A stretch of DNA of 64,000 bases from a virus. Both the position numbers and the translations under genes were made by a program. Where the stretch lies: positions 1 to 64,000 of the IMG/VR virus record IMGVR_UViG_3300048908_000112; one strand, written 5' to 3'. The notes below the pieces were generated by a model. It searched no databases. It saw nothing but the letters and a program-made list of their open reading frames with translations, and had not been told where the DNA came from. Below, one piece after another: positions 7,720 through 16,892 of the stretch; position 1 is the first letter of the stretch, and the number at the start of each line of letters is the position of its first letter.

Positions 7720-7920
7720 TTACGGGTGAAGCTTCTTTGCTGCCTCGATCGCAAGATTCTCGAACTGCGCGAAGGTCATCTGCTCGATGTCGTGGTGTGT
7801 TTCGAGCTTCACCTGGACATTGATGAAGTCGCCCTTCCCGTTCGCAAGTGCGCAATGCACCGTATGAACTTTGTTGTCAGGGCCTCGATTCAGATTCACC
7901 GTCGTAAGTTTCATGCTCAT
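7720..7920 (-). CDS. Hypothetical protein (66 aa), antisense to the late operon
   Basis: MSMKLTTVNLNRGPDNK... Possible TTGAAT-17-TATTTG promoter upstream on the minus strand. Confidence 0.5.
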   Translation of the reverse strand: MSMKLTTVNLNRGPDNKVHTVHCALANGKGDFINVQVKLETHHDIEQMTFAQFENLAIEAAKKLHP

Positions 7921-8025
7921 TTTTCTTGTTTCCCTGTAGATGGGGGTTACGCCGCGAGTCGCTGGCGCGCCTAGCAAATAGGGACGGACAATACATGATT
8001 CAATACCAGGGTTTACCAAGACGCT

Positions 8026-8244
8026 ATGGTGCTGAAACTGAAACCTTGGCTTCCGGCCTCGCTCATTGTCAACGGTCAAGCCCTGACAGATGCCGAATCG
8101 GAGTCTTTGCGCTGCGCTGTAACGGCGTTCCATAGCGAGATGTGCGAAGACGACGCGTTAGGCGCCGATGAGCATGGCCGTTTCATGACGCGGGCCTATC
8201 GGCAGCACATGGAGCGGGTTCTGACGCTCATGGGCGTGATCTGA
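8026..8244 (+). CDS. Hypothetical protein (72 aa)
   Basis: Divergent from 7720-7920. Acidic, Cys-containing. Confidence 0.45.
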   Translation: MVLKLKPWLPASLIVNGQALTDAESESLRCAVTAFHSEMCEDDALGADEHGRFMTRAYRQHMERVLTLMGVI

Positions 8245-8320
8245 TTGAGTGAATTCATCCGGTACGCCGCGCCCCTGAGACGAAGGAATTTTCCCGTTTC
8301 TTCGTTCTAGCGAAATAGTC

Positions 8321-8941
8321 ATGTTCAAAATCGACGTCAAGGGTGATCTAAAGCAGCTTGAGCGCGCATTCGCTGGCGTCGCTCGCAAGCAGATACTGTT
8401 CGCCGCATCGCAGGCAATCAACGGCGTTGCAAGAAAGGTCGTCGAAGCCGAGCGCGAGAACATGAAGAAGGTGCTCGATAACCCGACACCCTTCACGCTT
8501 GGTGGCGTAGGCGTCAGGCTTTCCACGAAGGCCAATCTCACCGCAACGGTGTACGTGAAAGACAAGACGGCATCCTACCTGGAGCCGTATGAGATCGGCG
8601 GCGTCAACAAGCTGAACAGCAAGGCGCTGCTCAAGCCGGTAGAACAGAAGGTCAACCAGTACGGCAACTTGCCGGGCAAAGCGCTTGCGCGCCTGAAGGG
8701 CAAGAAACAGGTATTCGTCGGCAAGGTCAAGACGAAGAACGGCGTAGTCGACGGATTCTGGCAGCGCACGAAGAAGACGCGCGGCAAGGCGGCCGGCCTG
8801 AAATTGCTGGTGAAGTTCGCCGATGCGCACCCGGTCAAGCAGCATCTCGACTATCGAGGACTGGCGAAGCGAACCATATCCCGCCAGTTCAGGGCGGAGT
8901 TCTCGAAGGCAATGGCTAAGGCGCTGGCGACAGCGAAATGA
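8321..8941 (+). CDS. Conserved-looking phage protein (206 aa), function unknown
   Basis: Long clean ORF rich in basic residues. Looks morphogenesis-like but I do not recognise the family. Confidence 0.6.
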   Translation: MFKIDVKGDLKQLERAFAGVARKQILFAASQAINGVARKVVEAERENMKKVLDNPTPFTLGGVGVRLSTKANLTATVYVKDKTASYLEPYEIGGVNKLNSKALLKPVEQKVNQYGNLPGKALARLKGKKQVFVGKVKTKNGVVDGFWQRTKKTRGKAAGLKLLVKFADAHPVKQHLDYRGLAKRTISRQFRAEFSKAMAKALATAK

Positions 8942-9135
8942 CAAGGGGAATCCAGATGGAAACGATCACGCTTGACCAACTACGCGCCGCTTTCATTTTG
9001 TGGGAGACGGATGTTCGCGCCAATCGCGATGGATTCGCGTCGGACGATGAGGCTCGCACCGCTCCGCTCGATCAAGCGGCAGATGGATACATCAAGGTCA
9101 TCACGCAGTACATTGCGAAATCACAGGAACTCTAA
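8938..9135 (+). CDS. Hypothetical protein (65 aa)
   Basis: ATGA-coupled. An alternative start at ATG 8956 is possible. Confidence 0.5.
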   Translation: MTRGIQMETITLDQLRAAFILWETDVRANRDGFASDDEARTAPLDQAADGYIKVITQYIAKSQEL

Positions 9136-9464
9136 TGGACAACCAACACTCGCAAGCCGAGATCGACCTGATGAACCGCATCAAGGCGCATGCGGAACTG
9201 ACGCGTCAATTGATTGAAGACGTCATGACCGTTGTCGCGCCTGAGCCGGTGTTGGTTGCCTTGGACGATGACGGCATGGCGACGTTGCTCGCAGAATTGA
9301 ACGAAACGCGATCGCAGCCAATGGAATTGATGCAAGGCGAGGCTTTGCTACGCACAGGCGGTCACCAAGCGGGACCGTCGCGCTGGGTCGACCTCGCCGA
9401 TGACCATCTGCAGCAGGGCTTCATGGCCCTCACGCGCGCGGTGGCGCAGCCGACGACGTATTGA
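9135..9464 (+). CDS. Hypothetical protein (109 aa)
   Basis: Clean ORF directly abutting the upstream stop. Confidence 0.55.
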   Translation: MDNQHSQAEIDLMNRIKAHAELTRQLIEDVMTVVAPEPVLVALDDDGMATLLAELNETRSQPMELMQGEALLRTGGHQAGPSRWVDLADDHLQQGFMALTRAVAQPTTY

Positions 9465-9651
9465 TGCGGGGCGGCGTGCGAGGACGCGTGAGCGGTGCCG
9501 AGGTAGGGGAAACCCTATGCTGAATGCACCATCGCTGTGCATTTAGGATTTTCCTATGATGCGACAGGAGTCGATAGCGGGTCCCTCCCCATCCCTCTGC
9601 ATCAGGGGCAATTGCGCACCGCGATATTTCCCCAGCCACAGGTTCTAAAAA

Positions 9652-10260
9652 GTGTCCGCACCCCACGTTACTCAGCGCGAGTTCGCGAAGCTTGCTGGCT
9701 GCGATGAGAAGCAGGTTCGCCGCGCCATCGCTTCCGGGAAACTCAAGCCGGATGCGGACGGTAAGCTGAATCCCGAACTTGTTTCATCTGGCTGGCGCAG
9801 GCCCATCAGATCGAGCAAGGTTGTTGCGGACACTGCGGACAAATCGAAAGTGTCCGCAACGAATGTCCGCAGCCAAAGTGTCCGCGCCGATCCGGTCGTC
9901 GACGAAAGCGATACGCCGACTGAGGCCGCGGCAAAGATCGTGATGGCGCTTGGCGCCGAGCATGATCTTGCTGAGGCTATTCGGATCAAGGAAAACTTTA
10001 ACGCCCTACTCAAGCAACTTGAGTACGAGCAGAAATCGGGCTCGCTCGTCGACCTGACTGTAGCGCGCACGGTGCTCTTCGATTGCGCTCGTGCAGCGCG
10101 TGACTCGTGGATGAACTGGCCGATGCGTGTCGGCCCAAAAATTGCCGCCGATCTGGGGCTGGAGGCTGATCGAGTAACCGAGGTTCTGATTGAGCATGTC
10201 CACATACAAATCGCTGACCTCGGCGAACCGGATGCTCACTTCGACGGATCCCAAAGCTGA
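9652..10260 (+). CDS. Terminase small subunit
   Basis: N-terminal HTH TQREFAKLAGCDEKQVRRAIASGKL. Lies immediately upstream of, and overlaps, the large terminase gene. Confidence 0.7.
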   Translation: MSAPHVTQREFAKLAGCDEKQVRRAIASGKLKPDADGKLNPELVSSGWRRPIRSSKVVADTADKSKVSATNVRSQSVRADPVVDESDTPTEAAAKIVMALGAEHDLAEAIRIKENFNALLKQLEYEQKSGSLVDLTVARTVLFDCARAARDSWMNWPMRVGPKIAADLGLEADRVTEVLIEHVHIQIADLGEPDAHFDGSQS

Positions 10261-12316
10261 TGGACTAGCGCGCGACTTTCGTCGTGGCTGGACGCCTCCC
10301 CCGCGTATCAGCATTCCCGAGTGGGCGGACCGTTACCGCAAGCTCGCCAAAGAGGCCGGCAGCACTTCCGGCAAGTGGCGCACATCGACGGTAGAGGCTG
10401 CGCGCGGGCCAATGATGGCCGTCACGGAACCAGGCATCCATGTGATCACCGTTATGGTGAGTACGCAGATGCTGAAGACGGCCCTGCTCGAGAACATCTT
10501 CGGGTACTTCGCGCACCTCGACGCCTGCCCTATTCTGCTGATTCAGCCCAAGGACGACGCGGCCGAGGCGTTCTCGAAAGAGCGTATCGCCCCGTTGATC
10601 CGCAGTACACCCGTGCTGCGCGAGATCATGGGTGCAAGCAAGTCTCGCAATAGCGACGACACACTGGGTTACAAGGCCTTTCCCGGCGGCTTTCTTGCGT
10701 TGGTGAGTGCCGGCAGCCCGGACAATCTCGCGCGCCGGCCGATTCGCGTCATCCTCGCCGATGAGATCGACAAATACCCGCCCCTCAAAGAGGGCGACTC
10801 GATCTTTATCGCTGAAGAGCGCACGGCATCGTTCGGCGTCAACTGGCTGTCTGTTCGAGCCTGCTCGCCGACGTACTCAGGCGAGAGTCGTATCGAGAAG
10901 AGCTACAACGACTCCGATCAACGTCGCGGTTCGGTAGCCTGCCCGCACTGCGGGCATCGCCAGTTTCTGGACTTCTTCAAGCACGTCCACTGGGAGAAGG
11001 ACAAGGACGCGCGCGGCAATACGGTCACGCATCGCACGAAGACGGCAAGGATAGTTTGCGAGTGTTGCGGAGTTGCATGGTCTGAAGGCGAGCGGCTTCG
11101 CGCACTCAGTACAACGCGCTGGCACCAAACGCGCCCGTTCGAATGCTGCGGGCATCGCCATGTGCCACAAACCGACTACGACATTGCCTGGCAGGAGAGC
11201 GATGAAGGCTCGATAGAGAAAGTCTGGAGATGGTCGGAAAGCGATCGTCACGCTGTCTACTACGCGCATTGCCCGACATGCGGCAAGCGCGGCGTCGAAG
11301 GTGAGCACGCAGGTTTTCAGGCATCCAAGCTTTACAGTCCGTGGAGCAAGGATAAGCCCTCAGACATCGCGGGCAAGTGGATCGCGGCTCAAGGCGACGA
11401 AGAACAGTTGCAGGCGTGGTGGAACACGCAGATGGGCCTGCCGTATCGACGCCACGTCGGTAAGGGTATCAGCCCAGATGCGTTACTGGCGCGCTGTGAA
11501 GTATGGTCTGGAGAAGTCCCCCGCGGCGTTGGTGTCATTACCGTCGGTGGCGACGTTCAGCCTGACCGGGTGGAACTCGAGACTGTCGGCTGGGGCAGAA
11601 ATGAAGAATCGTGGTCGATCGATCATCACGTGATCGAGGGCGATCCGGAGACGCCCCAAGTATGGGAAAAGGTTGATGCATACCTGAAACGCGTCTGGTA
11701 TCGCTATGACGGGATGCCGTTTGAGGTAATGGCCGCCTGTATCGACTCTGGTGGCCATAACACACAGAAGGTCTACGAGTTCGCGAAGGCTCGCCTGAAC
11801 AGGCGGATCTGGGCGATCAAGGGTGCGTCTGAACGTAGCGGCGCAAGAAGCCCCGTATGGCCGACGAAGCGACCGAGCAATCGGAACAAGTCGTCTTTCA
11901 AGCCGGTGATCATCGGCACGAACTCGGCCAAGGATGTGATTCGAGCCAGGTTGACATACGAAGAACCCGGGCCGGGTTACATGCACTTCCCTTCTGATCG
12001 GGATGTGGGTTACTTCGCGCAGCTCACCGCCGAAGTATCGATGCTCAAAGTATCGGGCGGTCATCAGTATCGCGTCTGGGTGCTTCCAAACGGCAAGGCG
12101 AACGAGGCGCTTGACTGCCGAGTTTATTCCTACGCTGCGCTTTGCGGCCTGGCTCATTTCGGTCTGAAACTAAACCGTCTCGTGGACGAAGTGAGCCCGG
12201 TGCTTGCCGGTGCCCCGCCTTCCAGGGTGGAGTCAACGGCTGCGATCGCGCTGGCTGGCCCGAGCATAAAAACCGAAGGCGAAGCGCCGCGCTCTCGCAC
12301 CAGCAAACTTGCATAA
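10196..12316 (+). CDS. Terminase large subunit, lambda GpA family
   Basis: IPEWADRYRKL...GKWRTS...VITVMVSTQMLKT opening, zinc-finger-like CPHCGH...CECCG, and about 700 aa are all typical of GpA-type TerL. Confidence 0.9.
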   Translation: MSTYKSLTSANRMLTSTDPKADGLARDFRRGWTPPPRISIPEWADRYRKLAKEAGSTSGKWRTSTVEAARGPMMAVTEPGIHVITVMVSTQMLKTALLENIFGYFAHLDACPILLIQPKDDAAEAFSKERIAPLIRSTPVLREIMGASKSRNSDDTLGYKAFPGGFLALVSAGSPDNLARRPIRVILADEIDKYPPLKEGDSIFIAEERTASFGVNWLSVRACSPTYSGESRIEKSYNDSDQRRGSVACPHCGHRQFLDFFKHVHWEKDKDARGNTVTHRTKTARIVCECCGVAWSEGERLRALSTTRWHQTRPFECCGHRHVPQTDYDIAWQESDEGSIEKVWRWSESDRHAVYYAHCPTCGKRGVEGEHAGFQASKLYSPWSKDKPSDIAGKWIAAQGDEEQLQAWWNTQMGLPYRRHVGKGISPDALLARCEVWSGEVPRGVGVITVGGDVQPDRVELETVGWGRNEESWSIDHHVIEGDPETPQVWEKVDAYLKRVWYRYDGMPFEVMAACIDSGGHNTQKVYEFAKARLNRRIWAIKGASERSGARSPVWPTKRPSNRNKSSFKPVIIGTNSAKDVIRARLTYEEPGPGYMHFPSDRDVGYFAQLTAEVSMLKVSGGHQYRVWVLPNGKANEALDCRVYSYAALCGLAHFGLKLNRLVDEVSPVLAGAPPSRVESTAAIALAGPSIKTEGEAPRSRTSKLA

Positions 12317-12328
12317 CTGAGGTTCCCC

Positions 12329-12580
12329 ATGGGCGTCTACGACGGCCGCAGTAACGCGGACTTGCAGGCGCGCTTGACGGCGTTGCTTGCTGCATACGAT
12401 CAACTTGTCTCAGGGGCGCAAATCGCACAGGCCAGTTATTCGCAGGGTGACGGCGCTAAATCCGTCACTTATCGCGAGACTGACCTCGTGCGACTTCAGA
12501 TGGACATCAGCCTGCTTCAGCAGAAGCTGGGAATCATTCATAGGGCGCGTCGGCGCTTGTCGATCGGCAACTTTAACTAA
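12329..12580 (+). CDS. Head-tail joining protein, gpW-like
   Basis: LQARLTALLAAYDQLVSG...SYSQGDG.KSVTYRE.DL..LQ pattern, small size, and position between TerL and portal. Confidence 0.7.
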   Translation: MGVYDGRSNADLQARLTALLAAYDQLVSGAQIAQASYSQGDGAKSVTYRETDLVRLQMDISLLQQKLGIIHRARRRLSIGNFN

Positions 12581-14215
12581 ATGGAAAATCCCGTACAAAT
12601 TCTGGACTCGCGCGGGAAGCCGTTTGAACAAAAGGCGCCCCGGGCGTCAATGCTGACTGGCGGAAGCCATACACCCTACGACGCCGCAGATGTATTCGGC
12701 CCTCACCTCGGAGACTGGCAGCCGTACTTGTGGTCGCCCGACGGCGAGCTCAACATGTATCGCGACCGCATCGTGTCCCGCATTCGGGACGTGGTGCGGA
12801 ACGACGGTTGGGCATCTGCGGCCGTCACGCGCACGCTAGACAACGTTATTGGCGCCGACTTCCATCCTGTTGCAAAACCGGACTGGCAAGCGCTCCGAGC
12901 CATGACGGGAAATAAGGCATTCGATCATGTCTGGGCGGATGAGTTCGGCCAGCAAATCGAAGCGAACTACCGCACGTGGGCATACGATCCCGGCCGATAT
13001 TGCGATACTCAGCGCAATCTGACGATTCCGCAACAGAGCGCGCTCGCGTTTCGGCACAAGTGTATCGACGGCGACGCGCTGGCGATGTCCCACTGGCGCC
13101 CTGAGCGTGTCGGTCCGGGGCGGGCACGATACGCCACTGCTATTCAGATTCTTGACCCGGATCGTCTGTCGAATCCGCAACTGAATTTCGATCAGCAGGT
13201 GCTTCGCGGAGGCGTCGAGGTTGATGAGGACGGTGCGGCTGTTGCATATCACATCCGTCGTGCACACCAGGGCGATTGGTTCAGCGCAGGCAAGAGTATG
13301 GTTTGGGATCGCATTCCCCGCGAGACATCGTGGGGGCGTCCGATCATCATTCATGACTTTGATCATGATCGGGCGGCTCAGCACCGCGGCGGTGCCGGTC
13401 TTCTCGCGCCCGTCCTGCAGCGCCTGAAGATGCTGATCAAGTACGACGGCACCGAACTTGATGCAGCAATCATCAATTCATTCTTTGCGGCGTACATCGA
13501 GAGCCCATTCGACGGCGAGCTCGTCGAGGAAGCCCTGCAGGGCACTGAGAAAGTAAGCAAGTATCAGGAAGAGCGCGCCCTTTATCACAAAGAGCGTGGC
13601 TTGCGGATGGGCCATGTCGGAATCTCGCATCTGTATCCCGGCGAGAAGATGGGCTTTGCCGCACCTAGCCGGCCGAACGGAAATTTCGAAGGCTTCGAAA
13701 ATGCAATGCTGCGCAATGTCGCGGCGGGCACCGGCACATCCGCGCAGATGATCAGCCAGAACTGGTCGGACGTGAATTACTCGTCCTACCGCGCCGCAAT
13801 GCTCGAGGTGTGGAAGACGTTTCATCGGCGCCGCACCAATTTCGCGTACGGTTTCGCGCAGCCGATCTACTGCTGCTTCCTCGAGGAATCGATGGAGGTC
13901 GACGATTACGACATGCCGGCTGGTGCTCCAGACTTCATAGAATGTCGCGTCGCATATGCACGCGCGAAGTTCCAGGGGCCTGGGCGCGGATTCGTCGATC
14001 CTGAAAAGGAAAAGGCTGGCGCCATCCTTGGTATGGATGCGGCGCTGTCGACTCTCGAAGACGAAGTTTCCGAACTGGCGGGCGGCAACTGGCGAGACAA
14101 GGTTGCTCAACGTGCCGTCGAGCGCGCGAAGTTTATTGAGCTCGGCCTTCCGATTCCTCAATGGAATAACGGCGCACCAGCAAAAGAGCAGGCTACACCA
14201 CCGGAGGCCCAATGA
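12581..14215 (+). CDS. Portal protein, lambda family
   Basis: 544 aa, follows gpW. Lambda-type portal sequence character. Confidence 0.9.
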   Translation: MENPVQILDSRGKPFEQKAPRASMLTGGSHTPYDAADVFGPHLGDWQPYLWSPDGELNMYRDRIVSRIRDVVRNDGWASAAVTRTLDNVIGADFHPVAKPDWQALRAMTGNKAFDHVWADEFGQQIEANYRTWAYDPGRYCDTQRNLTIPQQSALAFRHKCIDGDALAMSHWRPERVGPGRARYATAIQILDPDRLSNPQLNFDQQVLRGGVEVDEDGAAVAYHIRRAHQGDWFSAGKSMVWDRIPRETSWGRPIIIHDFDHDRAAQHRGGAGLLAPVLQRLKMLIKYDGTELDAAIINSFFAAYIESPFDGELVEEALQGTEKVSKYQEERALYHKERGLRMGHVGISHLYPGEKMGFAAPSRPNGNFEGFENAMLRNVAAGTGTSAQMISQNWSDVNYSSYRAAMLEVWKTFHRRRTNFAYGFAQPIYCCFLEESMEVDDYDMPAGAPDFIECRVAYARAKFQGPGRGFVDPEKEKAGAILGMDAALSTLEDEVSELAGGNWRDKVAQRAVERAKFIELGLPIPQWNNGAPAKEQATPPEAQ

Positions 14216-15093
14216 GCCACATTTTGTCGCGGCTCGCCCAGCGCGTTTTCAACACGCCTCTGCTTTTGCATGAGCGCAAAGCCGAAGTCATTATTGCTGC
14301 ATTGGCGGATCGTCTCGGCGTCGGCCAGATGGTTCGCCTGAGCGGCGCCCCCATTCCAATGGCGATGGAAGACGACGAGTACGGCTTTGCCGAGCCGGGT
14401 CGAAATCCGAGAACCGGTTACGACATGGCCGGCCCCGTCGCAGTCATCCCAGTCCAAGGGACGCTCGTCCAAAAACTCGGATCGTTGCGCCCGTGGTCGG
14501 GAATGACAGGATATGACGGGATACGACAAAACCTTTTCGCGGCGATTGATGATCCGTCTGTCAAGGCGATCGTGCTGGACATCGATAGTCCAGGCGGCGA
14601 AGTTGCTGGTTGCTTCGATCTGGTCGACACCATCTACAGTCTGCGTGGAACGAAGCCGATCTGGTCAATCTTGAATGAGTCGGCTTATTCGGCCGCTTAC
14701 GCGATTGCCAGCGCTACTGACTACATCACGGTTCCTCGCACCGGCGGAACTGGCAGCATCGGTGTCATCTGCGCGCATTGTGATCTTTCGCAAGCCCTCA
14801 CGGCCGCAGGCGTCAAGGTAACCTTCATCACCTACGGTGATCGCAAAGCCGACGGCCATCCTGAAATCCCACTTTCAGATGAAGCGCTCGCGCGCTTTCA
14901 GGCCGACATCGACCAAATGGGCGAGCTGTTCGTCGAAACAGTCGCCCGCAACCGGAATATCGCAGCCGCCACGGTTGCTGATATGCAAGCCGCGACGTTC
15001 ATGGGCGAAAAAGGTGTTGCCCTCGGACTAGCGGATGAAGTGGCGGCTCCAGATGCCGCGTTTCGGGCTTTGATCGCAAAGATCACGGCCTAA
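14212..15093 (+). CDS. Head maturation protease (S49/ClpP-like, gpC-type)
   Basis: KAIVLDIDSPGGEVAGCFDL...SAAYAIAS is S49-type motif content. Confidence 0.85.
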   Translation: MSHILSRLAQRVFNTPLLLHERKAEVIIAALADRLGVGQMVRLSGAPIPMAMEDDEYGFAEPGRNPRTGYDMAGPVAVIPVQGTLVQKLGSLRPWSGMTGYDGIRQNLFAAIDDPSVKAIVLDIDSPGGEVAGCFDLVDTIYSLRGTKPIWSILNESAYSAAYAIASATDYITVPRTGGTGSIGVICAHCDLSQALTAAGVKVTFITYGDRKADGHPEIPLSDEALARFQADIDQMGELFVETVARNRNIAAATVADMQAATFMGEKGVALGLADEVAAPDAAFRALIAKITA

Positions 15094-15118
15094 ACCAATC
15101 CCCAAAGGAACGTTACAC

Positions 15119-15775
15119 ATGAAGCTCTCGAAGCTCGCGAGCGCGATGCCGTTCGCCCATTACCTCGGTCTCGGCACCTCCGCAGCAGCGGCGGCTGAAG
15201 AGGACGAGGACCGCAAGCAAAAGGAAGGCGAATCCGACGAGGATTACGCCAAGCGCATGGAAGAGATGGACGAAGAAGAATCGGCCCGCAAGGCTGAGGA
15301 AGAAAAGAAGGAAGAGGAAGCCAAGCGCGCCGAGGAAGAAAAGCGCAAGGAAGAAGAGGCGAAGAAGGCAAAGCGTGCTGAAGACGAAAACGACGTCGAC
15401 GGCGATGACGCCGACATGGAAGACGACGAGGAAGAAGGTAAGCGCGCCGGTCGCGCTACTGGTGCCCGTCAGCGTGAGCGCGTTCGTTGCGCCCGCATCG
15501 TCGCCGAAGGCATCAAGACCGGTCGCGTGAAGCAGGCCTGCGTTTTTGCGTTCGACAGCCAGTTGACCTCGGCGCAAGCCATCGCCGCACTGAACGCCGC
15601 AGCACTCGACGAAGCTCCGAAGGCGCGCACCACTGGCCTGCGTGAGCGCATGTCAGCCGTCCAGGTTGCCAACCCCGGCACCAATGCGGGCGCAGCAGCA
15701 TCGTCCAGCGCCGATCCGTCGAAAGCTGCTGCAGACCGCATCATCGCAGCCGGCGAACGCGCTCGCGGCAAGTAA
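15119..15775 (+). CDS. Putative scaffolding protein with acidic K/E-rich low-complexity core
   Basis: EEDEDRKQKEGESDEDYAKRMEEMDEEESARKAEEEKKEEEAKRAEEEKRKEEEAKK. Lies between protease and decoration/capsid genes. Confidence 0.5.
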   Translation: MKLSKLASAMPFAHYLGLGTSAAAAAEEDEDRKQKEGESDEDYAKRMEEMDEEESARKAEEEKKEEEAKRAEEEKRKEEEAKKAKRAEDENDVDGDDADMEDDEEEGKRAGRATGARQRERVRCARIVAEGIKTGRVKQACVFAFDSQLTSAQAIAALNAAALDEAPKARTTGLRERMSAVQVANPGTNAGAAASSSADPSKAAADRIIAAGERARGK

Positions 15776-15802
15776 CCCCTTCCCGATTCCAAGGAGCATT
15801 CC

Positions 15803-16813
15803 ATGACCCTCAACGTCACCAGCTACGGCGAGAACAGCCAGCAACCTGGCATCTTCGCCGAAACGTTCATCCCGGATCAATTGATCGCGGGCAATCTCAA
15901 ACTCGTTACCGACACGGTCACGATCGGTGGCAGCCAGGTCCTCCCGCGCGGCGCTTTGCTCGGCCTGAGCAACCTGGGCACGATCGCGGCCAGCACCGGC
16001 AAAACGTTCGCCAGCGGCACCATCGTCGTAGCTGCAGTTCCGACGGCAGCCGACACGGTTACTATCGCCGGCACGGCAGTTACCTTCGTTGCCGCGAATC
16101 CGGTCGGTAATCAGGTCTTGATTGGCGCGACGGCGGCAGCAACCGCAGTGAACTTCGTAAACTTCCTGATCGGTTCCGGCGACACGAACCTCGTGAAGTG
16201 CACGTATTCGCTCAGCGGCTCCACCATCACGGTGACGGCGGCGGCTATCGGCACTGGCGGCAACGCGCTTACCCTGGCCACATCCGACGTCCCGGCGTTC
16301 ACGCTGTCTGGCGCGACGTTGTCGGGCGGCACGGCGAATGCTGGCACGGCCACGGTCGGCAGCATCTCGGCTGGAGCCTACCTCAAGACTGGCAACTACA
16401 CGGTCGTGCTGACGAGCGCTACGCAGGGCAACGTGTTCGATCCGACCGGCGACCAGCTCGGCGTCGCGACGATGGGTACGGCATTTACCGACTCGCAGAT
16501 CAATTTCACGATCACGACGGGTGGCTCGCCCGCTGCTGGCGACCAGTTCGTGCTGACCGCCGCACGCGGTACTGGTAATTACGTGCTTGCGACCGCTTCG
16601 GCGACGGACGGCAGCCAAATCCCGGTGGCAATCCTGGCCAACACCACGGACCCGACTGGTGGCCCGGTGACGGCAGGCGTGTACCTGATGGGCGAGTTCA
16701 ACGTGAACGCCATGACGTTCGGTGCCGGCATTACGGTCGCCGGCGCCAAAGCTGCGTTGCGTCAGTTCGATATTTTCCTCAAATCCTCGGTCTCCGCGAC
16801 GGACCCGAGCTAA
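15803..16813 (+). CDS. Head decoration protein, gpD-like ends with a large T/A/G-rich insertion
   Basis: N-terminus [33 protein letters not shown] and C-terminus [12 protein letters not shown]...LRQFDIFLK resemble decoration proteins. About 190 aa lie between them. Confidence 0.65.
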   Translation: MTLNVTSYGENSQQPGIFAETFIPDQLIAGNLKLVTDTVTIGGSQVLPRGALLGLSNLGTIAASTGKTFASGTIVVAAVPTAADTVTIAGTAVTFVAANPVGNQVLIGATAAATAVNFVNFLIGSGDTNLVKCTYSLSGSTITVTAAAIGTGGNALTLATSDVPAFTLSGATLSGGTANAGTATVGSISAGAYLKTGNYTVVLTSATQGNVFDPTGDQLGVATMGTAFTDSQINFTITTGGSPAAGDQFVLTAARGTGNYVLATASATDGSQIPVAILANTTDPTGGPVTAGVYLMGEFNVNAMTFGAGITVAGAKAALRQFDIFLKSSVSATDPS

Positions 16814-16833
16814 TCCCTCCCCGCAATGCATGA

Positions 16834-16857
16834 AACCCCGCTTCGGCGGGGTTTTTT
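16834..16857 (+). terminator. Intrinsic terminator or attenuator after the decoration gene
   Basis: AACCCCGC-ttcg-GCGGGGTT then TTTTTG. Confidence 0.7.
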
Positions 16858-16892
16858 GTTTGTGGCGTCGAAATCATCCGGAGATCTAAAAA

